A stretch of 38,982 nucleotides of DNA from an uncultured Candidatus Saccharibacteria bacterium (GTDB taxonomy: Bacteria; Patescibacteriota; Minisyncoccia; Phycocordibacterales; UBA10002), in contig CAYJWA010000002.1 in assembly GCA_964373775.1 (NCBI GenBank), positions 1-38,982 on the forward strand, in the 5' to 3' direction. Positions 20,077-29,210 of this stretch are shown here, in pieces (position 1 is the stretch's first letter; each line of letters begins with the position of its first letter). The translations under genes and the position numbers were made by a program. The notes below the pieces were generated by a model. It was not told where the DNA came from. It saw only the letters and a list, made by a program, of their open reading frames with translations, and searched no databases.

Positions 20077-20266
20077 AAAGCACGAAACACTTTCTTAAAA
20101 CACAAAGCACAGTATCCAAAGAACCAAACAGACTTCACAAAACACAATACATCCACCATTCGGGGGATCTCCCGAAGTGAGACAAAAATCCAAACGAAAA
20201 GGCAAGTTTGTGTTTTGAGTAGTTTGAAGTTTTGTTTGGAAACCGTGCGGTCTGTGTTTTGGAAAG
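20077..20266 (+). repeat. Long structured palindromic element, copy 2 (upstream of rpoB)
   Basis: Core acaaaacacaatacatccaccattcgggggatctcccgaagtgagacaaaaa. The 3' end gtgcggtctgtgttttggaaag is shared with copy 3. Confidence 0.85.
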
Positions 20267-20303
20267 TTGATATGAATATTATTGGTAACGCAGCTCACCC
20301 TAT

Positions 20304-23300
20304 ATGAGCGCTCACCCGACAGAAGAAGCAATGATGAAAACCGCGCGTCAGAAGAAATATTTTGGCGCATACAAGCCGCCGCTCGCGGAGCTTCCGAATC
20401 TCGTGGCGCCGCAACTCGCTTCGTTTCAGTGGCTTCGGGAGAAGGGTCTCGCGGAAGTGTTTTCCGAATTCTCGTCCATCAAGGATTATTCGGGGAAAAA
20501 GTTTGAGCTTGATTTTACCGGCTTTAAGATTACCGAGCCGAAGTACGACGAATTTTATGCAAAGCAGAACAAGCTTTCCTTTGAGGCGCCGCTGAAAGTG
20601 ACGGTGCGCCTGCGCAACAAAATCGCCGGTTCCGTGAAGGAGCAGGAAATCTTTATGGCGGATTTGCCGCTGATGACAGCGCACGGCACTTTTATCATCG
20701 CCGGCATTGAGCGCGTTATTGTGCCGCAGCTCGCGCGGTCTTTCGGCGTATTTTTTACCGGGGATGAGATTAAGGGGAAAAAGCATTTCGGCGCAAAGAT
20801 TATTCCGGCGCGCGGCGCGTGGATTGAGATTGAGACGGATATTGACGGCGCGTTCTATGTGCGCATTGACCGCAAGCGGAAATTTCCGGTAACCGCGCTC
20901 CTGCGCATACTCGGGGCAAAAAGCGAAAAAGAGATTTCTGAACTCTTTGAAACTTCTCCCCTTGCGCGAGCGCACATACGCGCGACCCTTGCCAAGGACC
21001 ACGCGAAGACAGCAGAAGAGGCATACCTGGAGATTCACAAACGATTGCGGGACGGCGAGATTGGGAGCGTGGAGAATGCCAAAGAGTTCATTCGCTCCAT
21101 TTTTGAGCCGGAACGGTACGACCTCTCCAAAGTGGGGCGGTTCCGCTTCAACAAGAGGTTCGGAAAACCTATGGACGAGAAATCGCTTGAGAGGCGGACA
21201 ATTTCCCTTGATGATTGCGTTACGATTCTCGCGCACATCGCGTACTTGCAGAATACGCAGGGCTCCCGCGAAGATGATATTGACCACCTCGGAAGCCGTC
21301 GGGTGCGTTTTGTCGGAGAACTCTTCCAGCAGAAAATCCGCGTGGGCCTCGCGCAGATGAAACGAAATATCCAGGACCGAATGTCCACCGCAGAGTCAGA
21401 TGTAACGCTCCCCGACAAATTCATCTCTCCCAAGCCCCTGCAGGCGCGCATCAAGGAATTTTTTACCACGAATCAACTGTCGCAGTTCATGCAGCAGGAG
21501 AACATTCTTTCGGAATTGGAGCATCTGCGTACGCTCTCCGCTCTTGGTCCGGGAGGGCTTACGCGCGAGCGCGCGAGCTTTGAGGTGCGCGATGTGCACC
21601 CCTCCCACTATGGTCGGCTCTGTCCCATTCACACTCCGGAGGGACCGAACATCGGACTTATCTTGCGTCTCTCCACTTATGCGCGGCTCAATGACTTCGG
21701 AATGATTGAGACGCCGTATGCGAGGGTGTCCGGCGGGCGCATTACCAAAGAGATTCACTATCTGAACGCGCTGGAGGAAGAACAACATCGCATTTCCCAC
21801 GCGGCAATACCCTCTGGAGCGGACGGAATGATTCTTGCCGAGGAGGTGGAGGTGCGCTTAAACGGAAAGCCGGAACTGGTGAAGCGAAGCGAGGTTGATT
21901 ATATAGACATTGCCACCAATCAGGCATTTTCCATTGCCACCTCCATGATTCCGTTTCTCAATCATGATGACGCGAACCGAGCGCTCATGGGTTCAAACAT
22001 GCAGAAGCAGGCGACGCCGTGTCTTATCCCGGAGGCGCCGCTCGTTGCGACAGGAATTGAGGAGCGGGCCGCGCGCGACACCGGACGGCTTCTCCTGGCA
22101 GCGGCGGATGGAGTCGTTTCTTTTGTGGATGCGCGCCGCATCGTGGTCAAGGAAGCAAAAGGGAAGGAACGGGAATATCGATTGGTCTCTTTTTCCCGCA
22201 CCAACGGTTTTACGGCGTTCCACCAACGTCCCTCGGTCGCGGCGGGCGAGAAGGTAGAAAAAGGCGCCGTGCTTGCCGATACCTCATCCTCCGAGGGAGG
22301 GCAGATGGCGCTCGGACAAAATATTCTTGCCGCGTTCATGTCGTGGTCCGGGGCCAACTATGAAGACGCGATTATTATTTCCGAGCGGTTGGTAAAGAAC
22401 AGTCGTTTTACGAGCATACACATTGAAGAGTTTGTCGTGAATGTCCGCGATACCAAGTTGGGGCCGGAGATCACCACGCACGACATCCCGAATGTTGGCG
22501 AGGCGAAGTTGAAAAACTTGGATGAGGACGGTGTTGTCCGCATCGGCGCCGAGGTCCGTCCCGGAGACATTTTAGTGGGTAAGATTACTCCGAAAGGGGA
22601 ATCCCAGCTTACCCCGGAGGAGCGATTGCTCCGCTCGCTTTTTGGAGAGAAGGCGCGGGATGTGAAAGATACTTCAAAGCGCATGGAGAACGGCAAACGC
22701 GGCCGCGTCTTGAGCGTCAAAGTGTTCTCGCGGGAACGCGGGGATAAGCTGGAGAGCGGCATTATCAAGCGCATTCATCTGGAGGTGGCGGAACTGCGCG
22801 CGGTATCGGTCGGAGACAAGCTTGCGGGCCGGCACGGCAATAAGGGAGTTATTTCCCGGGTGCTTCCGGAAGAGGATATGCCGTATCTTTCGGACGGGAC
22901 CCCGGTTGATATGATTTTAACGCCTTTAGGCGTGCCCTCGCGCATGAATCTCGGGCAGATTTTGGAACTGCATTTGGGGCGCGCGGCGCACGCGCTCCAG
23001 TATCAGGCGATTGTGCCGCCGTTTGCGGGAGCAACGGATACGGAGATTAAAGAAGAGCTCGTGCGCGCCGGATTTCAGGCGAACGGGAAGACGAAACTTT
23101 TTGACGGACGGACCGGCGAGCCCTTCAGTCAGGATATTGCGGTCGGGTATATGTATCTCATGAAGCTTCATCACATGGTTGAGGACAAGATTCATATGCG
23201 AAGCATCGGTCCCTATTCGCTCATTACTCAACAGCCGCTGGGCGGCAAAGCCCAGGGAGGAGGGCAGAGGTTCGGAGAAATGGAGGTCTGGGCTCTTCTC

Positions 23301-23567
23301 GGTCACGGCGCTGCTCACATTCTCCGCGAGATGCTCACAATAAAATCCGATGACATCCTGGGGCGTTCGGCAGTGTTTGACGCGATTGTCAAGGGACGGC
23401 GGTGGAGCGACGCGAATGCCCCCGCTTCTTTCAGCGTGCTTTTGCACACTTTGCGCGGGCTCGCGCTTCAGGTGGAATTGCAGAAGGAAGGAGAGGCCGC
23501 CGCGCCAGTCCACAAAAGGTCGGGGTATGCGGCGCGGGAGCGGATGCGGGAGCGATACTCCGCGTAA
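20304..23567 (+). CDS. rpoB: DNA-directed RNA polymerase subunit beta
   Basis: Full-length collinear beta subunit (GPGGLTRERA, NMQKQA, GRHGNKGVIS, MVEDKIHMRS). Alternative starts ATG at 20331/20334. Confidence 0.95.
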   Translation: MSAHPTEEAMMKTARQKKYFGAYKPPLAELPNLVAPQLASFQWLREKGLAEVFSEFSSIKDYSGKKFELDFTGFKITEPKYDEFYAKQNKLSFEAPLKVTVRLRNKIAGSVKEQEIFMADLPLMTAHGTFIIAGIERVIVPQLARSFGVFFTGDEIKGKKHFGAKIIPARGAWIEIETDIDGAFYVRIDRKRKFPVTALLRILGAKSEKEISELFETSPLARAHIRATLAKDHAKTAEEAYLEIHKRLRDGEIGSVENAKEFIRSIFEPERYDLSKVGRFRFNKRFGKPMDEKSLERRTISLDDCVTILAHIAYLQNTQGSREDDIDHLGSRRVRFVGELFQQKIRVGLAQMKRNIQDRMSTAESDVTLPDKFISPKPLQARIKEFFTTNQLSQFMQQENILSELEHLRTLSALGPGGLTRERASFEVRDVHPSHYGRLCPIHTPEGPNIGLILRLSTYARLNDFGMIETPYARVSGGRITKEIHYLNALEEEQHRISHAAIPSGADGMILAEEVEVRLNGKPELVKRSEVDYIDIATNQAFSIATSMIPFLNHDDANRALMGSNMQKQATPCLIPEAPLVATGIEERAARDTGRLLLAAADGVVSFVDARRIVVKEAKGKEREYRLVSFSRTNGFTAFHQRPSVAAGEKVEKGAVLADTSSSEGGQMALGQNILAAFMSWSGANYEDAIIISERLVKNSRFTSIHIEEFVVNVRDTKLGPEITTHDIPNVGEAKLKNLDEDGVVRIGAEVRPGDILVGKITPKGESQLTPEERLLRSLFGEKARDVKDTSKRMENGKRGRVLSVKVFSRERGDKLESGIIKRIHLEVAELRAVSVGDKLAGRHGNKGVISRVLPEEDMPYLSDGTPVDMILTPLGVPSRMNLGQILELHLGRAAHALQYQAIVPPFAGATDTEIKEELVRAGFQANGKTKLFDGRTGEPFSQDIAVGYMYLMKLHHMVEDKIHMRSIGPYSLITQQPLGGKAQGGGQRFGEMEVWALLGHGAAHILREMLTIKSDDILGRSAVFDAIVKGRRWSDANAPASFSVLLHTLRGLALQVELQKEGEAAAPVHKRSGYAARERMRERYSA

Positions 23568-23569
23568 AA

Positions 23570-23726
23570 GCACAAGCACGAAACAATCTTCTTACAACAC
23601 AAAACACAGTGTCTCCACCCTTCGGGGGATCTCCCGAAGGGAGACAAAAACCCAACGGGGAAATGAGTTTGTGTTTTGAAAAGATTGTGTTTTGTCTGGA
23701 CTTTGTGCGGTCTGTGTTTTGGAAAG
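23570..23726 (+). repeat. Long structured palindromic element, copy 3 (rpoB-rpoC intercistronic)
   Basis: Core acaaaacacagtgtctccacccttcgggggatctcccgaagggagacaaaaa. Starts 3 nt after the rpoB stop. Confidence 0.85.
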
Positions 23727-23770
23727 GGTAAGAAGTTCTTGTTTCGGCTTTGCCAAGTAATCCTTATTGT

Positions 23771-26700
23771 ATGAAATCAAAAACGATCTCCAACTTCAAT
23801 GATTTTGATTCCCTCTTTCTCCGTCTCGCGTCTCCGGATGATATTGTCTCGTGGTCGTTTGGAGAGGTGACGAAGCCCGAGACCATCAACTATCGGACCC
23901 AGAGAAGCGAAAAAAACGGCCTTTTTGACGAGAGGATTTTCGGACCGGACCGCGATTATGAATGTTATTGCGGCAAGTACCGCGGCGTTCGTTACAAAGG
24001 AATCGTCTGCGAAAAATGCGGGGTGGAATTGACGCGCGCCATTGTCCGGCGGGAGAGGATGGGACATATTGAGCTTGCGGCTCCGGTCTCTCATATCTGG
24101 TTTTTGCGGAGCATGCCGTCGCGGCTCGGTCTCGTTCTCGGCATGTCAGCGCTTGATTTGGAAAAAGTCGTTTATTTTGCCGGGTATCTTATCACCCGCG
24201 TGGTGCCGGAAGAGCGGGAGCGGATTTTGCGGGAGCTTGATTCAGAGTACAAGAGCAAGGCCAAAGCTCTGTTGGATGAAAAGGAGCGCGAGGAACTCAA
24301 GGCGCGGTTCCTCCAAGGGAAGCAGGTTGTTGAGGGGCTTCAAGCCGGGGATGTATTGGATGAAGTGGCGTATCACGACTATTCGCGCAAGTACGGCACT
24401 CTTTTTGAAGCCGGAGTCGGCGCCGAAGCAATTTACAATTTGGTCGCGGCGCTTGACCTTGCGAAATTATGCCGCCAACTGGAAGAAGCGCAGACGCGCG
24501 CCGGCGCCGCGGAGCGGGAGCGGCTCTCCAAGCGGCTCTCGCTTCTCCGCTCCATGATTTCGTCCGGCGTCCGCCCGGAGTGGATGTTTCTTACCCGCAT
24601 TCCGGTGATTCCGCCGGCGCTCCGTCCCATGGTTCCTTTAGACGGCGGACGGTATGCGACCTCGGATGTCAATGATCTGTACCGGCGGGTGATTAACCGA
24701 AACAATCGGCTACGGAAACTCAAGGAAATCAAAGCGCCTGATGTGATTTTGCGCAATGAGAAGCGTATTCTGCAGGAAGCGGTTGATTCTCTGATTGATA
24801 ATGCCATCCGTCACGGTGCCACGCAGGCAGGCGCGCAGAGTATTGCGTCGCGGCGCGCGCTCAAGTCCCTTTCTGACAATCTCAAAGGTAAACGCGGACT
24901 CTTTCGCCAAAATCTTTTGGGGAAGCGGGTTGATTATTCCGGCCGTTCCGTCATCGTGGTGGGACCAACCTTGCACTTGCACCAGTGCGGACTGCCGAAG
25001 CATATGGCGCTGGAACTTTTCCGCCCGTTTATCATCCGGAAGCTCTTGGAGCGCGAGCTTGCGTTCAATATCCGCGGCGCCGGGCGGCTCATTGAAGAAG
25101 GCGTCTCCGAAGTATGGGCGATTCTGGAGGAGGTGATTGCTGACAAGTTCGTTCTTCTAAACCGCGCCCCCACTCTCCATCGCTTAGGAATTCAGGCATT
25201 CCAGCCGGTACTCATTGAGGGGAGCGCCATTCAGGTGCACCCGCTCGTCTGTACCGCGTTTAACGCGGATTTTGACGGCGACCAGATGGCGGTGCATGTG
25301 CCGCTCTCGCCCGAGGCGCAGGCAGAGGCGCGCGAAATAATGGCGGCGCACAAAAATATCTTGAAGCCCGGGAGCGGCGACCCGATTGTGTCCGCAAAGA
25401 TGCTTGACATCGTGCTCGGCTGTTGGTGGATGACGAAACTGGTGCCGGGCGCAAAAGGCGAAGGGAAATATTTTGCTTTTCCGAACCGCGCGGTTACCGC
25501 ATTTGATTTCGGCGCGGTTGATTTCCGCGCAAAAATCAAAGTGCTCGGAAGCGAAAAAGGCAAGTATAGCGAATTTAGCGGAAAGTTGTTCGAGACATCA
25601 GTCGGCAGGATTCTTTTCAACGGGGTGCTGCCGGACGATTACCCCTACCTCAATAAGGAGATGGAACGCAAAAGCATGGCGACGCTCGTTGATGAACTGA
25701 TTACCCGTTATGGCATCGCGCGCATGCCGGAGATTATGGACCGTATCAAGGCATTCGGTTTTAAGTACGCGACTCATTCGGGCATCACCTGGGGAATTGA
25801 CGATGTGACGGTTCCCGCGGGGAAGGACGCTGTTATTGCGGCAGCGCGGGAGCGGTCTTTGGCGGTGTTTGTTGAGTGGCGGGAGGGGCTTCTTTCTGAA
25901 GAGGAACGATTGCGGAAAAACATTGAGATTTGGCACGCGGCAAAAGCGCAGGTGGAGAAACTTATCCCCGCGTCGCTTGATAAAAACGGTTCCGTTTATG
26001 ACATGGTATTTTCCGGCGCACGCGGTTCGTTTTCGCAGATTACGCAGATGGCGGGCATGAAGGGGCTTATCCAGAATACGGCGGGGGAGACTATTGAGTT
26101 TCCGATCCTCTCCTGTATGAAAGAGGGATTGACGCCCATTGAGTATTTCATTACGACGCACGGTTCCCGCAAAGGACTTACGGATACTGCCTTAAACACC
26201 GCAAAGGCGGGGTATCTCACCCGGAAGCTCTTCGTGGTGGCGCAGGATGTTATTATTACCGAGGAGGATTGCGGCACGAAGGAGGGAATTATCATCCGGC
26301 GCACCGGAGCCGCGGGCATTGAGGTGTCGTTTGCGAAGAGCATTCGCGGGCGGTTTCTCGCTGCTCCCGCGGTTCTCGCGGACGGAACGGTCTTGTTCAA
26401 AAAAGGACACCTTCTCTCAAAGGGAGATGCGCGGAAGATTGAGGATGCGGGCGTAACCGAGGTCTCCGCCCGCTCTCCGCTCTCCTGCAAAACCGCGGGT
26501 GGGGTATGCGCGCGCTGTTACGGCATGGACTTGGGCAAAAACGAGCCCGTAGGGCTTGGCGAAGCAGTCGGTACGGTTGCCGCGCAAGCAATTGGAGAGC
26601 CGGGAACCCAGCTGACGATGCGCACCTTCCATACCGGCGGCGTTTCGTCACTCGGCGGAGACATCACGCAGGGTCTTCCGCGCGTGGAAGAATTGTTTGA

Positions 26701-27454
26701 AAAGAGGAGCCCCAAAAATCCGGCCGTGGTTTCCCGGACGGACGGCACGGTATTGGAGGTGAAGAGCACGGGGAAAGAGAAGGTGATTATGGTATTGCCC
26801 GAGGCGCCGCAGAAGCGGGGGAAGAAGACGGGAGCGATTGAATACGCGATGAGTTATAATCGCATTCCGTTCGTAAAAGAGGGGCAGCGCGTGAAGAAAG
26901 GAGACATTCTGACCGACGGGGCCGTAGACATTGACGAGCTCTTTGAGTATGGCGGCCGCGAACGCGCGCAGGAATACATTATCGCGGAAGTCGCAAAGCC
27001 CTACGAGTTGCAGGGAGAGACCGTTTCTCGCAAGCACATAGAGGTGATTGTGCGGCAGATGTTCAGCCGGCGCCGCGTCTCTGACGCCGGCGGCACCGCG
27101 CTCTCTGTCGGCGATGTGGTTGATGAGGTGTTTCTTTCGGCGCAAAACGAAGCAGCGCAGGAGCGCGGAGAGGAGCCGGCAAAGACAGAACTTCTCGTTC
27201 TCGGCATCTCGGAGGTGTCGCTCTCGCGCCGTTCCGTTCTTGCGGCCGCGTCATTCCAGCACACGACGCGCGTCCTTATCTCCGCTGCGGTGCGCGGCAG
27301 CCGCGACCACCTGCGGGGACTGATGGAAAATGTCATCATCGGACGGCTCATCCCGGCAGGCACTGGATTTGCGGGAGGTCCTAAAGCGCAGATGATTGAA
27401 GAAGTGCAAGCAGAGTTGGCGCAAGAGGCGTCTGAAGAATTGAATACTCAATGA
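23771..27454 (+). CDS. rpoC: DNA-directed RNA polymerase subunit beta'
   Basis: Zn-finger [34 protein letters not shown] and the trigger-loop region. ATG at 23771 is preferred over the track's TTG at 23750. Confidence 0.95.
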   Translation: MKSKTISNFNDFDSLFLRLASPDDIVSWSFGEVTKPETINYRTQRSEKNGLFDERIFGPDRDYECYCGKYRGVRYKGIVCEKCGVELTRAIVRRERMGHIELAAPVSHIWFLRSMPSRLGLVLGMSALDLEKVVYFAGYLITRVVPEERERILRELDSEYKSKAKALLDEKEREELKARFLQGKQVVEGLQAGDVLDEVAYHDYSRKYGTLFEAGVGAEAIYNLVAALDLAKLCRQLEEAQTRAGAAERERLSKRLSLLRSMISSGVRPEWMFLTRIPVIPPALRPMVPLDGGRYATSDVNDLYRRVINRNNRLRKLKEIKAPDVILRNEKRILQEAVDSLIDNAIRHGATQAGAQSIASRRALKSLSDNLKGKRGLFRQNLLGKRVDYSGRSVIVVGPTLHLHQCGLPKHMALELFRPFIIRKLLERELAFNIRGAGRLIEEGVSEVWAILEEVIADKFVLLNRAPTLHRLGIQAFQPVLIEGSAIQVHPLVCTAFNADFDGDQMAVHVPLSPEAQAEAREIMAAHKNILKPGSGDPIVSAKMLDIVLGCWWMTKLVPGAKGEGKYFAFPNRAVTAFDFGAVDFRAKIKVLGSEKGKYSEFSGKLFETSVGRILFNGVLPDDYPYLNKEMERKSMATLVDELITRYGIARMPEIMDRIKAFGFKYATHSGITWGIDDVTVPAGKDAVIAAARERSLAVFVEWREGLLSEEERLRKNIEIWHAAKAQVEKLIPASLDKNGSVYDMVFSGARGSFSQITQMAGMKGLIQNTAGETIEFPILSCMKEGLTPIEYFITTHGSRKGLTDTALNTAKAGYLTRKLFVVAQDVIITEEDCGTKEGIIIRRTGAAGIEVSFAKSIRGRFLAAPAVLADGTVLFKKGHLLSKGDARKIEDAGVTEVSARSPLSCKTAGGVCARCYGMDLGKNEPVGLGEAVGTVAAQAIGEPGTQLTMRTFHTGGVSSLGGDITQGLPRVEELFEKRSPKNPAVVSRTDGTVLEVKSTGKEKVIMVLPEAPQKRGKKTGAIEYAMSYNRIPFVKEGQRVKKGDILTDGAVDIDELFEYGGRERAQEYIIAEVAKPYELQGETVSRKHIEVIVRQMFSRRRVSDAGGTALSVGDVVDEVFLSAQNEAAQERGEEPAKTELLVLGISEVSLSRRSVLAAASFQHTTRVLISAAVRGSRDHLRGLMENVIIGRLIPAGTGFAGGPKAQMIEEVQAELAQEASEELNTQ

Positions 27455-27728
27455 GGAGCGTGAAAGGTAACGGAGGTTCTGGCGGCTTACTCGCCTGGTT
27501 TTGTAAGAGCTCTTGTACAGAGCCTCCTTTTGACGGCCAGCAGCAGGCAAAAGACTGCTCTATATTTACCGTGGAGCACTGCAGAGGATATAAAAGCTAT
27601 TTGTGTCTTTGTCAATCCATTTAACTTCTGGCGGGTCTGCTATAGTGGGGAAACACAGAACAGGTGTGGAATAAAAGGTCGCCCCTCTTTTTCTTACTCG
27701 TATCTATTCGCAGTATTGGTATCATCTG

Positions 27729-27845
27729 CCCGCCCGTATCCGCTAGAATGACTCTGTTGGGCTGACCGAATCATTATCCCGACACACTCGTCTGAACGGC
27801 TCGACCGGGCGGGGAGTCATTCTGGCGGGGTGCGATTCGGGCGGG
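27729..27845 (+). promoter_or_regulatory. Predicted structured 5' leader upstream of mreB
   Basis: Nested helices cccgcccg (27729-27736) / cgggcggg (27838-27845) and agaatgactc (27745-27754) / gagtcattct (27814-27823). Ends 17 nt before the ATG. Confidence 0.35.
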
Positions 27846-27861
27846 TATATTGGTATTCTGT

Positions 27862-28875
27862 ATGAGTTTTTTCACCCCCAAACTCGGAATTGACCTCGGC
27901 ACCGCCAACACCTTGGTGTATGTTCCGGGCAAGGGCATTGTGCTCAATGAGCCGTCCGTGGTGGCGGTCTCCGAGCAGGACAATCGGATTCTTGCGGTCG
28001 GGGATGAGGCGAAGAAGATGGTGGGGAAGACACCGGAAGAGATCGTGGCGTACCGGCCCATGAAAGACGGAGTGATTGCGGACTACCGCGTGACCGAGGC
28101 AATGCTCCGGTACTTTATTACGAAAGCCCTCGGCAGATGGAACATCTGGAAGCCGGAAGTGCTCGTTTCTGTGCCCGCAGGCGTTACTTCAACAGAGCGG
28201 CGCGCCGTGATTGAAGCCGCCATCAAAGCCGGCGCGAAGAACGCGTATGTGGTGAAGGAGCCGATTCTTGCGGCAATCGGCGCGGGCATCCCGATTCACG
28301 AGCCCGTGGGGCACATGATTGTGGACATTGGCGGCGGCACCACCGATGTTGCGGTCATATCGCTCGGCGGCATCGTCTCTTCCACTTCAGTCAAGTGCGC
28401 CGGAAACCGCGTTGATTCCGCAATTGCGGATTACATCAAAAAGACCTTTAACCTCGCGATTGGCGACAAGATGGCGGAAGATGTGAAGATAGAGATCGGC
28501 TCTGCTGTTCCGTTGGAGGAGGAACTCTCCCTCCTGATTAAGGGACGCGACTTCATTACCGGGCTTCCGCGCACCGCAGAGGTGAAGACAAATGAAGTCG
28601 TGAAGGCAATCGGCAGGGAACTGCGGGAGATGATTAAATCAATCAAGGATGTTCTGCAGGAGACGCCGCCGGAGCTCTCTGCGGATATTATTGACCGAGG
28701 GATTATTATGACCGGCGGCTCGTCCCAGTTGCGCAACTTTCCGGAGTTGGTCTTCCGGCGGACCGGCGTGAAAGCAGTGCTCGCGAAAGACGCGCTCTTC
28801 TGCGTGGCAAAGGGCACCGGCATCGCGCTCGCGCACCTGGATACCTACAAGAAGTCAGTCATTGCGAAGAGGTAG
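27862..28875 (+). CDS. mreB: Rod shape-determining actin homologue MreB
   Basis: GIDLGTANTLVY, DIGGGTTDVAV and MTGGSSQLRN. Confidence 0.95.
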   Translation: MSFFTPKLGIDLGTANTLVYVPGKGIVLNEPSVVAVSEQDNRILAVGDEAKKMVGKTPEEIVAYRPMKDGVIADYRVTEAMLRYFITKALGRWNIWKPEVLVSVPAGVTSTERRAVIEAAIKAGAKNAYVVKEPILAAIGAGIPIHEPVGHMIVDIGGGTTDVAVISLGGIVSSTSVKCAGNRVDSAIADYIKKTFNLAIGDKMAEDVKIEIGSAVPLEEELSLLIKGRDFITGLPRTAEVKTNEVVKAIGRELREMIKSIKDVLQETPPELSADIIDRGIIMTGGSSQLRNFPELVFRRTGVKAVLAKDALFCVAKGTGIALAHLDTYKKSVIAKR

Positions 28876-28880
28876 GAGAT

Positions 28881-28985
28881 GCAGAACAGGGAACAGGGAA
28901 CAGGGAACAGGGAACATGAAATATGGAATATGAAATATGAAATAGGGAACAGGGAACATGAAATATGGAACATGAAATATGAAAT
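28881..28985. repeat. Heptamer microsatellite array (15 units of AGGGAAC / ATGAAAT / ATGGAAY), including a 2x 42-nt tandem duplication
   Basis: Direct reading. The 42-nt units lie at 28902-28943 and 28944-28985. Confidence 0.9.
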
Positions 28986-29000
28986 CGGCATTTTCCCTGC

Positions 29001-29146
29001 GAGTTATCCCCGTAGTGAATTTTTGCATCGTTGCTGTCGCAACAGTTTAGAAGGGAATTTAGAAAACACAGGATTTTTGGCGTTTTTGAAGTGATTTGCG
29101 ATTTAGCGGCAACGCAATGCGAAAATCTACTACGGGGTTATCCACA
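29001..29146. repeat. ~40-bp imperfect inverted repeats flanking a 66-nt core, upstream of the giant gene. The right arm has a perfect DnaA-box 9-mer.
   Basis: gagttatccccgtagtgaatttttgcatcgttgctgtcgc versus the reverse complement of gcggcaacgcaatgcgaaaatctactacggggttatccac. TTATCCACA at 29138-29146. Confidence 0.7.
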
Positions 29147-29210
29147 GTTTCGTTTTAACGCTTTGACCCGTTCCGCGCTATACTTTCCTTATTAAGGGGG
29201 TTGTCCTCGC

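Noticed and set aside
28881-28985. CRISPR array (also considered for the 42-bp terminal repeats at 38896-38982 and 1-55)
   Set aside because: The units are contiguous 7-mers, or 42-mers without unique 25-40-nt spacers. No cas genes or leader are present in the window.
28879-29094. 71-aa ORF (MQNREQGTGNREHEIWNMKYEI...)
   Set aside because: It is the translation of the heptamer microsatellite. It has no RBS, and its periodicity reflects 7-nt repeats, not codons.
1293-29146. Chromosomal origin (oriC), from the perfect DnaA boxes at 1293, 9282 and 29138
   Set aside because: The three boxes are 8-20 kb apart, not clustered. There is no adjacent AT-rich unwinding element and no dnaA/dnaN.
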